64,000 bases of DNA from Parcubacteria group bacterium (GTDB taxonomy: Bacteria > Patescibacteriota > Minisyncoccia > 2-02-FULL-40-12). Where the stretch lies: assembly GCA_016186395.1 (NCBI GenBank), contig JACPLU010000003.1, positions 148,022 through 212,021 on the forward strand, read 5' to 3'. The notes below the pieces were generated by a model, which was given only the letters and a program-made list of their open reading frames with translations, ran no database searches and was not told the origin of the DNA. The translations under genes were made by a program, and so were the position numbers. This document shows positions 45,973 through 55,119 of the stretch, one piece after another (within the stretch, counting starts at the first letter, position 1; every line of letters starts with the position of its first letter).

Positions 45973-46323
45973 ATGATCAAACAAAACTTTCATCAAAATC
46001 TCAGGGATAAAATAAATACTTATATTCATTTAGTGTACAAAGTAACTAAAGAATTTCCTCGTGAGGAAACATACGGAGTGACGTCCCAACTAAGGAGGTC
46101 TGCACTTTCGGTTATGTTAAACTATATCGAGGGATACGCAAGATTTAAAACCAAAGTTCATAAGAACTTTTTAGAGATTGCTTACGGCTCACTTCAGGAG
46201 TCTAAATATATTCTTGAATTTTCGCTCGAAGAAGAATTTATGAAAAAAGATAAATATATAAAATTAGCCCACTTAGCAGATGAAATCGGAGTTATGTTGT
46301 GGGGAATTATTACTAAATTATGA
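45973..46323 (+). CDS. Four-helix-bundle protein
   Basis: YKVTKEFPREETYGVTSQLRRSALSVMLNYIEGYAR is characteristic of the family named after 23S rRNA intervening-sequence proteins. Confidence 0.7.
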   Translation: MIKQNFHQNLRDKINTYIHLVYKVTKEFPREETYGVTSQLRRSALSVMLNYIEGYARFKTKVHKNFLEIAYGSLQESKYILEFSLEEEFMKKDKYIKLAHLADEIGVMLWGIITKL

Positions 46324-46353
46324 TCATGTTTTATGATCTAAGTTTCAAGTTCC

Positions 46354-46692
46354 ATGTTACAAGGCTTTAAAGTCCCAAAAAATAACGGAAAATATTATTG
46401 GACTAATCACATAGTTCAGAAAATGGTCTATTATAAAATTTCACCCTCAAGGGTGAAACGTATTATCAGAGCACCAGATAGAGTTGAAGAAAGTATTGTT
46501 CCTGGACTTGTGGCGGCAATGAAAAAGTTTTCTAAGTCTGCCAAAGAAGAAATTTGGGCGATTTATCAAGTAGACCATAAAAAATTAAAACTTATATCAG
46601 CGTGGCGTTATCCAGGGAAAAGTTCAGAAAGAAATCCAATTCCACAGGAGATTTTAAGAGAAATAAAATTAGTCATAAATCTTGGAACTTGA
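46354..46692 (+). CDS. Hypothetical protein (112 aa); its start codon is supplied by a CATG-rich element
   Basis: ORF immediately preceded by catgttttatgatctaagtttcaagttccATG. Confidence 0.3.
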   Translation: MLQGFKVPKNNGKYYWTNHIVQKMVYYKISPSRVKRIIRAPDRVEESIVPGLVAAMKKFSKSAKEEIWAIYQVDHKKLKLISAWRYPGKSSERNPIPQEILREIKLVINLGT

Positions 46693-46760
46693 ATTTTAAA
46701 ACTCATCTCTGACCTGATCCTGACTTTCGACTTGCGATGTCGAAAGATCTTCGCACCAAT

Positions 46761-47372
46761 CTATAACTGTATATCTTTAACTTTTAAATACATTTCTTCC
46801 GCTTTACTCCAGTCAAAATTATGCCAGAAATCCTCAATATATTTTTTTCTATCAGAGCCGTAGTCCATAAAGTAAGCGTGTTCATAAACATCTAAAACAA
46901 TAATTGGAAGACATCCCCATACCCCGCCTTGATTGTGAGCATCGCCGTTGTAATGCCTTAAAGCGCCTATTTTGCTATCCCATGCTAATACTGACCAACC
47001 TCGAGAGGCCATAGCGCATTCTGAAAACCACTTGATTCCGTTTTCAACTGACCCCCATTTTTCTATCATAGCTTTTGACAACTCAGGTGCTTCTTCAGTA
47101 GCTCCTTTTCCACCCAAAACGTCAAAATACCATTCATGTAAATAAACGCCGTTAATAGCAAAGGTTTCTGCATCTTTTAAAGCTCTTAGTTCGCTATAAG
47201 TAGCATTACCCTCGGCTTTATTAGCCGCTCTCAATGCTTTAAGTTTTTCTAGTATCTCATTGCTTTTATTTACATAACCGACATAAAGCTTATCATGGTG
47301 GATTTGAACTGTTTTATCGGAAATTCCAGTTAATGGTTTTGAAAATGGAAGGGGTTTGGGTGAGTAAGGCAT
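46761..47372 (-). CDS. sod: Fe/Mn superoxide dismutase
   Basis: IHHDKLYVGYV...WEHAYFMDYGSDRKKYIEDFWHNFDW matches SodA/B. The start was placed at MPYS; the longer ORF-track start lies inside a CATG-rich leader element. Confidence 0.85.
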   Translation of the reverse strand: MPYSPKPLPFSKPLTGISDKTVQIHHDKLYVGYVNKSNEILEKLKALRAANKAEGNATYSELRALKDAETFAINGVYLHEWYFDVLGGKGATEEAPELSKAMIEKWGSVENGIKWFSECAMASRGWSVLAWDSKIGALRHYNGDAHNQGGVWGCLPIIVLDVYEHAYFMDYGSDRKKYIEDFWHNFDWSKAEEMYLKVKDIQL

Positions 47373-47592
47373 GAAGCATGGAACATAAAACATGAAACGT
47401 GGATCATAAAAATTCAGGTTTCAAGTTATAAGATCCAAGATTTAAGATTTAGGTCTCAAGTTACAAGATTCAAGAATTTATATTTGTATTTTTTCATTTT
47501 AAAGTTTAGTCTAAGTATAGCAGAAATAAGATTAATTCATAAGTTCTTTAAAATTGCAGTAGATTCGATAAACTCACTACAAGGAGGAACTG

Positions 47593-48459
47593 ATGAAAAC
47601 AAAGTTGAAATTTTTAGTTTGTATTGTTTTATTGGCTAGCTTAAGTCAACTATCTTTTTCCAGACAAATTGAACAAAAACAAATTTTGAACGATGCCATT
47701 TATCATTATTTTAACTCGGAGTCGGAGATTGCTATTGGCGAGGTTGATGCTTTACTAAAGATATCGCCAAATGATTTGTATTATCTTGATCTTAGAGCCG
47801 CGATAGCAAATGATTTGACGCTTAGGAGAACCAAGGGGGCGAATAAAGAAGAAAAACTAAAATTAGAAAATACTTATCGGTCATATTTGGACGAAGCAAT
47901 TTTAATAGGTGAGGAGCAAATAAAAACCCCGAGCGGTAAACAAAAGGACAATTGCTATGGACTTTTTAATCTGTCGTCCCTTTATGCCAGAAAGGCCAAT
48001 TTTTTGCATGATGCTGGTAAGGACTCTGAAGCCGTTGACGCAATGATTCAATCTATAAAATTTTCAAGGGAGTGTCTTCGGTTGAATCCAGAATTTCAGT
48101 TGCCCAATGGAATTTTAGGTATAGCTCAATATGAGCTTGGTGACATTTGGGGGCCTTTCAGATTTTTTGGTGGGTTTATATTTAAATATGTCAGAAGATT
48201 ATCGCGTGAGGTAAAACCAGACAAAAATGAAGGTTTGAAGAATCTTTTCTTGTCTGTTGAGTATCAGGGTAACGATTTTAGATTAAATGAGGCAAGGTGG
48301 GTTCTTGCCGAATATTTATTCAAAGAAAAAAGATATCTTCAGGCTTACACAACCGTTAAACTATTATCAGAGTGTTATCCTAAAAACTTAGATATAAAAG
48401 AGTTGTTATTTAAATGTGAGGCTAAATTATTCCTGGCAGTTGCAAGTTATGAAAACTAA
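47593..48459 (+). CDS. Hypothetical secreted protein (288 aa)
   Basis: Signal peptide plus an SD-like AAGGAGG upstream. Confidence 0.4.
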   Translation: MKTKLKFLVCIVLLASLSQLSFSRQIEQKQILNDAIYHYFNSESEIAIGEVDALLKISPNDLYYLDLRAAIANDLTLRRTKGANKEEKLKLENTYRSYLDEAILIGEEQIKTPSGKQKDNCYGLFNLSSLYARKANFLHDAGKDSEAVDAMIQSIKFSRECLRLNPEFQLPNGILGIAQYELGDIWGPFRFFGGFIFKYVRRLSREVKPDKNEGLKNLFLSVEYQGNDFRLNEARWVLAEYLFKEKRYLQAYTTVKLLSECYPKNLDIKELLFKCEAKLFLAVASYEN

Positions 48460-48719
48460 TAAAAGACAGCTTATTTAAAAGCCCAGCAATTATTACTGGG
48501 TTTTAGTTTGCTTAATTCTTATGTTAAATACAGCAAATCCTGTTCCTATAGAGGTTGAATAAAAAACTAAAAGTCCAATTGTAACCAAACCCCAGAATGG
48601 TCCAAAGATATCGGGACGAATTATTTTCATAGTTTGGTCAATAATACCGTTTACACCGATGACAACCAAAAGAATGGAAAATGAAAATTTAGCAGTTTGC
48701 TTGATAAATAGTTTCATAG

Positions 48720-49478
48720 TTATTGCCTCCTTCTAAAATTTGAATAGATATATTCTTCTTTTTTGTTTTCTTCTCTAACATTAAACAAAAACAATACTTT
48801 AAAGCGAAAATGATATTGGGCAGATACTCTTTTTAGCATTAGAATTTTATCTATCTCTTGAAATTCAACTTCAATCGTCATTGTGAAAAATTTAACTTGA
48901 TAACCTGTTCCGCTAATCTCGACTTCTCTACTAAGTTTTGCAGCAATTTTTATTGGCAATAAATCTTTTTGTCGTAGAATAACTATGCCTGTCATATTAT
49001 TTAAAACTACATCTCGACCTTCACTTACTGGCGGATTTTTAATTGGTTTAAAGCTTAATACTAAAAACCTCTCACCATTTTCATAAAATTCTTTTTCAAC
49101 ATTGAAGTCATAACGAGTATCAGAGAACATTTTATCGTCAACCGCGAATCTTGGTTTGGCCAATATCCATTGCGGTTTGGGATTTAACCTTCCGTCTCTT
49201 TCCAATAAATAGTGAAACTCTTTACCGTTTTCATGTTTTACAAGATATCTAAGAATTTCTCTTTTCTTTAAATCAAAATCACCTTTTAATTGGTCATTTA
49301 TTTTAATTTCTTCATGTTCATATTGAGTCCATTTTTTAACCGCTTCTTCTATTTTTTCACTCAATAACCTGCCAATAACTTTTTCTTGAAATACCGGTGG
49401 CGACTTTCCGTGAAAATTACATAGGTTATAAAAGAACAAAATTAAGATGGATAAAACCTTAAGGTGTTTTATACGCAT
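48720..49478 (-). CDS. Hypothetical secreted protein (252 aa)
   Basis: ORF with a signal peptide. Confidence 0.35.
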   Translation of the reverse strand: MRIKHLKVLSILILFFYNLCNFHGKSPPVFQEKVIGRLLSEKIEEAVKKWTQYEHEEIKINDQLKGDFDLKKREILRYLVKHENGKEFHYLLERDGRLNPKPQWILAKPRFAVDDKMFSDTRYDFNVEKEFYENGERFLVLSFKPIKNPPVSEGRDVVLNNMTGIVILRQKDLLPIKIAAKLSREVEISGTGYQVKFFTMTIEVEFQEIDKILMLKRVSAQYHFRFKVLFLFNVREENKKEEYIYSNFRRRQ

Positions 49479-49635
49479 CTAATCCTCCCTAAAACAAATT
49501 TGTTCGGACGAACATACGCCCTGGGCGTATGTTTTAGCCCTAACTACGATGGATTAAATAAGTAAAATGGTATAAAGAACTTACGTGTCTGTCAACACAA
49601 ACAAAAACTCCGTTTAAACGGGGTTTTTGTTTTAA

Positions 49636-52341
49636 TCAGTTCCTGATTGTTTCTTTAACTTGAACCTTAAATTCCTTATCGAAGTCAAGATATAAAATAG
49701 AGCCTTTCTCGGGTTCTTTGCCTAAAATTATTTCTGAAATTCTATTTTCTACGTTTTTTTGTATTACTCTTCTTAATTCTCTTGCTCCAAAATGAGGATC
49801 GTATCCGTCTTTTGCTAACTGATCTACTGCTTTTCTGCTGACTTCCAATTCTAAACCGCCGCTTTTTAATTTTCGGCGCAATTTGTCTAATTGTAAACTA
49901 ACTATTAATCGAATCTCATCTTCGCCCAAAGCTTTAAAAACAATAATTTCGTCAATACGATTTAGAAATTCTGGCCGAAATATGGATTTCAAGTTATTAA
50001 TCAAAGTGCTTTTCATACTTTCATAACTTACCCTATCTTCTTCTGGTTTATCAGCTTCTCGATAAATAATATCTGATCCGGCATTTGATGTAGCAATGAT
50101 AATTGTGTTAGTAAAATCTATCACTCTGCCCTGCCCGTCTGTTAATCGTCCATCTTCTAACACTTGAAGTAATGAGTTAAATACATCTGGATGGGCTTTT
50201 TCGATTTCGTCTAAAAGTATGATGGAATGAGGTCTGCGCCTGACAGCTTCTGTTAGTTGACCGCCTTCTTCAAAACCCACATATCCTGGTGGCGCACCAA
50301 TTAGACGAGAAACATTGTGTTTTTCCATATATTCGGACATATCAAGACGAACTATTGAACCCTCGTTGCTAAACATTATTTGAGCCAATGTACGGGTTAG
50401 TTCAGTCTTGCCAACTCCAGTAGGTCCAAGAAATAAAAATGAAGCAATAGGACGATTAATATCTCCCATTCCTGCGCGGCCGCGTCTTATTGCGTTAGCG
50501 ACTGCCTTTACCGCTTCTTCTTGGCCAATGAGTCTTTCGTGAATTCTTTCCTCCAGCTTTAGAAGTTTTTCTTTTTCTTCTTGGGTAAGTTCAGTTATTG
50601 GTATTCCAGTAAGTTTTGAAATAATTTCAGCTATGTTGGCTGTAGTAACTTCAGGAGTTAATTTAGCTTTCTTAGCTTCCCATTCTTCAAATAATTTATC
50701 CCTTTGAATTTTTAATTCAGTAATTTCTTTTTGTAGTTGAGCAACCCTTTTTGTTTGTTTTGAACGTTTTGAAGCATCCAATTCTTTTTCTAAATTTTTA
50801 ACCTGTGACTCTAAATTTTTAATTTCTTCAGGTTCATTGGTAAACTGAATTCTTACTCTTGCCGCTGCTTGGTCAATTAAGTCTATGGCTTTATCCGGTA
50901 AGAAACGATTAGAAATATAACGATGCGATAATTCTGCTGCTGCGATTAATGCCTCGTCAGAAATTTTAACCCTATGGTGGGATTCATATCTGTCTCTTAG
51001 GCCTCGCAAAATTTCAGCAGTTTCTTTAACTGACGGTTCTCCTACAAATACCGGCTGAAAACGGCGTTCCAATGCCGCATCTTTTTCAATATATTTTTGA
51101 TACTCTTTGAGTGTAGTCGCTCCAACCACATGAAGCTCGCCTCTTGCAAGAGCCGGTTTAAACATATTAGCCGCATCCATGACTGTTCCTTCGGCGCGGC
51201 CAGCCCCAACAAGAAGATGGATTTCGTCAATAAAGACGACTAATTTATCAGAATTTTCTCTTATCTCATCGACTATTCCTTTTAATCTTTCTTCAAATTG
51301 GCCTCTATATTGTGTGCCGGCAAGAATACCAGACAAATCAAGTTCAACAACTCGTTTACCTTGAAGTGGTTCTGGAACGTTTCCTGAAACAATTCTTTGG
51401 GCTAAACCTTCAACAATAGCCGTTTTACCAACACCAGGTTCACCAATTAATACAGGATTATTTTTAGTTCTACGGGCTAGAATTTCAATAATAGTTTCAA
51501 TTTCTTTTGCCCTGCCGATAACCGGATCAAGCTTGCCTTGGGCCGCTACTTTACTTAAATCTCTAGAAAATTGATCCAAATTTGGCGTGTTCATCATTGG
51601 TACAAAACCTTCTTTTGAACCGCGTCCAACTGTTTTCACGATTGCTTTTTGTAAAACCTCTTGACTAAGTTTTAGTCTTTTAAGTATTTGAGCGGCTAAA
51701 CCCTCTCCTTCTTCCATTAAAGCGAGAAGTAAGTGTTCTGGGCCAACATAGGTGTGTCTTAGATTTTGGGCAATTGGCAAAGCAATATCTAAAGCTCTTT
51801 TTAATCTCGGTGAATACTCAACTTGATAGGGCTCTTCATAACCTGTTTTAATTGATGATTTAACATCCATCTCCAGATTTTTAATATTTACTTTGGCCTG
51901 TTCTAATATTTTTTGTACGTTTGGTTCGTCAAGAAGTGCCAAAAGCAGGTGCTCTGTATCAACTTGATCATTTCTAAACCGACCAGCCAATCCAACCGCA
52001 CGTTGCAATGCCATTTGTCCTGATTCTGAAATATAGCTTTCAGTATCAACCCGTTCTTGAGTTTGCGGTTCTTGATTATTAAACATTTCCCCAAATAAAT
52101 CACCAAGTAAATCATCACCAAATATTCCACCTAATCCAAAGGGTGATTTATGGCTTTTATTTTTATCACTTTTTCTTGATTGATTAGGACCTGGTAAATT
52201 AAAGCTTATGCCTTTTGAAGCACAATTATCACAAAGATTCAGAGTTGAAGCTCTGCCGTTTATAATTCTTGTGATTTTTCTTGTTGCTTGATTTTTTTTG
52301 CAGTTATCGCATAGGGACATGGAACATGGAACACGAAGCAT
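49636..52341 (-). CDS. ClpC/ClpB-family double-ring AAA+ chaperone with an N-terminal ClpX-type C4 zinc finger
   Basis: There are two Clp N-domain repeats. NBD1 has GEPGVGKTAIVEGLA and NBD2 has GPTGVGKTELT and GYVGFEEGG. The N-terminus LCDNCKKNQATRKITRIINGRASTLNLCDNCASKG is ClpX-ZBD-like. Confidence 0.8.
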   Translation of the reverse strand: MLRVPCSMSLCDNCKKNQATRKITRIINGRASTLNLCDNCASKGISFNLPGPNQSRKSDKNKSHKSPFGLGGIFGDDLLGDLFGEMFNNQEPQTQERVDTESYISESGQMALQRAVGLAGRFRNDQVDTEHLLLALLDEPNVQKILEQAKVNIKNLEMDVKSSIKTGYEEPYQVEYSPRLKRALDIALPIAQNLRHTYVGPEHLLLALMEEGEGLAAQILKRLKLSQEVLQKAIVKTVGRGSKEGFVPMMNTPNLDQFSRDLSKVAAQGKLDPVIGRAKEIETIIEILARRTKNNPVLIGEPGVGKTAIVEGLAQRIVSGNVPEPLQGKRVVELDLSGILAGTQYRGQFEERLKGIVDEIRENSDKLVVFIDEIHLLVGAGRAEGTVMDAANMFKPALARGELHVVGATTLKEYQKYIEKDAALERRFQPVFVGEPSVKETAEILRGLRDRYESHHRVKISDEALIAAAELSHRYISNRFLPDKAIDLIDQAAARVRIQFTNEPEEIKNLESQVKNLEKELDASKRSKQTKRVAQLQKEITELKIQRDKLFEEWEAKKAKLTPEVTTANIAEIISKLTGIPITELTQEEKEKLLKLEERIHERLIGQEEAVKAVANAIRRGRAGMGDINRPIASFLFLGPTGVGKTELTRTLAQIMFSNEGSIVRLDMSEYMEKHNVSRLIGAPPGYVGFEEGGQLTEAVRRRPHSIILLDEIEKAHPDVFNSLLQVLEDGRLTDGQGRVIDFTNTIIIATSNAGSDIIYREADKPEEDRVSYESMKSTLINNLKSIFRPEFLNRIDEIIVFKALGEDEIRLIVSLQLDKLRRKLKSGGLELEVSRKAVDQLAKDGYDPHFGARELRRVIQKNVENRISEIILGKEPEKGSILYLDFDKEFKVQVKETIRN

Positions 52342-52393
52342 GAAACATAAAGTTGGATTTTAGGACTCACGATTCATGTTTTTACAAAAGTGT

Positions 52394-52422
52394 ATTATAG
52401 CAGAATTTCAAAAAAAAATCAA
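52394..52422 (-). promoter_or_regulatory. Sigma70-like promoter (TTGATT -17- TATAAT) for the Clp gene
   Basis: The minus strand reads TTGATTtttttttgaaattctgcTATAAT about 45 nt upstream of the CATG-rich leader and start codon. Confidence 0.5.
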
Positions 52423-52443
52423 AAAGCGGCCGAAAGACCGTTT

Positions 52444-53409
52444 TTAATATTTAACTGTAGTTATATATTTCTCATTTAAATCTTCATATTCACTTTTGCC
52501 CGTGATTAAATCGTCGTACTTTTCCATAAGTAATCTTGTAATCGGGCCAGGCTGATCGTCTCCTACTTTAAGAGTTGGTTTGGAAGTATTAAATTCATAA
52601 TCTTCAAAAAACGATATTTTTGTAATCGGTGTTACTTTTGTAGAGGTGCCCGTTAGAAAAAGTTCCCCGGCCGATCTTAGGTCAGAATCAGTCATTATTC
52701 CGGAATCATTTAATTTGATCCCGTTTTTTTTAGCCAGATTAATAATCGAATCTCTTGTAACCCCGGCAATTATCGGGAGACTTAATGATGGAGTGTAAAG
52801 TTGGCCGTTCCACACACCAAAAATATTCGCAAACGCAGATTCAAGAACTACGCCAGTGTGAGTTTTAAATAAAACAGTTGTAAAACCTTTTTGTATAGCA
52901 TTATTGTGAAGTATTGCTGGAACCGAATACTCGCCAGTAAGTTTTACCCTTCCAAAAACAGGATCTCTGGTATAGGGCACTATTGCTACTTTGGCAGGCA
53001 TTTTAAGAGGAATGTATTCTCGCATTTTATGAATACTTATTATAAGAGATGTTTGCTCATTTGAGTAATCGACAGCTTGCGGATGGCATGTAAAACAAAC
53101 TAAACGCATATCTATATATTGCGGACAAAGAAATTTATTGGCTTCCACAGTCTGAACAGCCATTCTTTTTATAGAATTAAAGGTTTCATTAGTTTTTAGA
53201 CAGCAAGTTCTCGCATTTTTGAGTAAGCGCTCAATATGTTGATCCAGCCTAAAAATTAAAGCTTTATTAGTATTCGCGTCGTAGAAAGCGTAAACGGCAT
53301 CAAATATACTAACACCTCTTAAAAATGAACTATTCAATAAGTGGTTTGTGTTTACTAACGGAGTTAAAAAATCATTTGAACAGATTATATGGCCAGTGTC
53401 CTTGTCCAT
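52444..53409 (-). CDS. Class IV aminotransferase (branched-chain / D-amino-acid aminotransferase family)
   Basis: SIFDAVYAFYD...RLDQHIERLLKNA and the C-terminal E...LTGTSTKVTPI match the fold-type IV PLP enzyme pattern. Confidence 0.65.
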   Translation of the reverse strand: MDKDTGHIICSNDFLTPLVNTNHLLNSSFLRGVSIFDAVYAFYDANTNKALIFRLDQHIERLLKNARTCCLKTNETFNSIKRMAVQTVEANKFLCPQYIDMRLVCFTCHPQAVDYSNEQTSLIISIHKMREYIPLKMPAKVAIVPYTRDPVFGRVKLTGEYSVPAILHNNAIQKGFTTVLFKTHTGVVLESAFANIFGVWNGQLYTPSLSLPIIAGVTRDSIINLAKKNGIKLNDSGIMTDSDLRSAGELFLTGTSTKVTPITKISFFEDYEFNTSKPTLKVGDDQPGPITRLLMEKYDDLITGKSEYEDLNEKYITTVKY

Positions 53410-53512
53410 TCCATCTTCCTGTATTGAAAAAGAGCTTAATTTAGACTAAATCAAATAGAAAATAATTTCAATAATAAATGGAGGTCGAAAAGTCAGCATT
53501 ATCCCAGAGAAT

Positions 53513-54190
53513 CTAGAGTATATCGTGGATATCCATTCCGGCCCACGCGCAAAATTCACAAGCCTGGTGTTTTGGAGGCAATGGTCCTTGTAAAAGCATA
53601 GACGCTTCATAAAATAGCTTTTTAGCGTCTTCTTTTGAGGTTTCAATTCTTTTAGGAACAATATCAAATTTAATAGTACTGTTATCTAAAATATCGGTTG
53701 GAGCAAAAAATACTAAATATCCAATATCTTTAGTTGGATAACCGTTTTCATCCAAAAGCCAAGTATATAAATTAAGCTGGTTTTGATGAAATATATGTGA
53801 GTCTTCTTTAATACTGGCTTTGGATTTGTAGTCTAATGGTATGAAAAAGTTATCATCTGTTATCAAGCAGTCATCCAGGGCGCTTACTAGTTGAACGTTT
53901 AATTCTTTATCAACATAGCTTGGTCCTGTTTTCCAAAAACGCCATTTTTTTAGCAATTCAAAGTTGTCGAAAAGTTGACCCTCAACAAGGCCTTCAAGTT
54001 GGGGTGGAAGTTTTCCCTCTGCTCGGAAACGATCAAAATATTCTTTTACCAGCAAATCCATCTTTGTATAAAGAGGCATTGGTATTCCTTGGGGCCTTTT
54101 AATATGTTCTTTTACTTGTAAATAAAAACAGCGTGGGCAGTCTTTGTATAGGGATAATGATGTAGCAGAAAGTGTAAGCAGACTTTTCAT
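53513..54190 (-). CDS. PD-(D/E)xK family nuclease (Cas4/RecB-like) with N- and C-terminal cysteine pairs
   Basis: DCPRCF near the N-terminus, the core IPLDYKSK (D...D/ExK), and the C-terminus CEFCAW. Confidence 0.5.
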   Translation of the reverse strand: MKSLLTLSATSLSLYKDCPRCFYLQVKEHIKRPQGIPMPLYTKMDLLVKEYFDRFRAEGKLPPQLEGLVEGQLFDNFELLKKWRFWKTGPSYVDKELNVQLVSALDDCLITDDNFFIPLDYKSKASIKEDSHIFHQNQLNLYTWLLDENGYPTKDIGYLVFFAPTDILDNSTIKFDIVPKRIETSKEDAKKLFYEASMLLQGPLPPKHQACEFCAWAGMDIHDIL

Positions 54191-54957
54191 TTTTTAATCA
54201 AGGATATTAAGAAAAAAACAATACTGGTTAAAACAACAATTGGGCCCGGAGGTAAGGAATACTGAAATGCGATCCAGACTCCCAGCCCAGTACTTAATGT
54301 TCCTATAACCATACTCCAAAAGCCGAAAGAACGAAAATTAGGACTGATATTTTTAGAAGTTGCCGCGGGAATTATAACCAGGGCACCCATTAAAAGACTA
54401 CCAACAACTTTTATTCCAAGCGCTACGATTATCGAAACAAGCATTAGAAAAATAAGATTAATCTTTGAAATATTAATGCCAGAGGCTTTGGCAAATTCTT
54501 CGGAAACGGTTCCTAAAATTAACTGTTTTGCAATGCGTCTCATTATAATCGTTACAATAACAGCAAGCACAATAGCCAAAATTGCATCTATTGGTTTAGT
54601 TTTTGAAATATCGCCAAACAAGGCTTCAAAAAGTTCTGGTTCCGGAGTAATTAAAATACCGATGGCTAAACTTGCAGTAAACATTATGCCAACCAGAGTT
54701 TCTACGGCTAGTTTAGTTTTTTGTTCCAATCGCCAAATAATTAGTGCCGCAACAAATAAAAATACAAACGCACCGATAAAAGGATTTATGTTAAGCAAAA
54801 AAGCAATACCAATACCAGGTAGAGCCACATGGGTTAAGGCATCACCTACTAGAGCCATTCTTTTTAGGATCATAAATGAACCTAAATATCCGGCTGCGGT
54901 GCCAGTAAATAAACCCACTATAAGACTTAGTTGAAAAGTTGAATCAAAATAACTCAT
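54187..54957 (-). CDS. Metal (Zn/Mn) ABC transporter permease, ABC-3 family (ZnuB-like)
   Basis: Eight transmembrane helices and the ABC-3 conserved region. Confidence 0.8.
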   Translation of the reverse strand: MSYFDSTFQLSLIVGLFTGTAAGYLGSFMILKRMALVGDALTHVALPGIGIAFLLNINPFIGAFVFLFVAALIIWRLEQKTKLAVETLVGIMFTASLAIGILITPEPELFEALFGDISKTKPIDAILAIVLAVIVTIIMRRIAKQLILGTVSEEFAKASGINISKINLIFLMLVSIIVALGIKVVGSLLMGALVIIPAATSKNISPNFRSFGFWSMVIGTLSTGLGVWIAFQYSLPPGPIVVLTSIVFFLISLIKK

Positions 54958-54964
54958 TTAACAA

Positions 54965-55114
54965 GGTGAATAATACTCTTTCTCTTTCTTCGCAAACCCC
55001 AACGTGGTTTGCTCAGGGATTGAGCCCTTCGCTCTTCCACCATCTGATTTAAAACCAGATGGTGAAAACCATGCCCACTACGGGCTCAAAACCCGTTCAA
55101 AAGTATTATTCACC
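54965..55114 (+). mobile_element. MITE-like element copy 5, inserted between znuC-like and znuB-like genes of the same operon
   Basis: Perfect TIRs GGTGAATAATACTCTT / AAAAGTATTATTCACC. The central hairpin is caccatctgatttaaaaccagatggtg. Confidence 0.8.
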
Positions 55115-55119
55115 AAACT

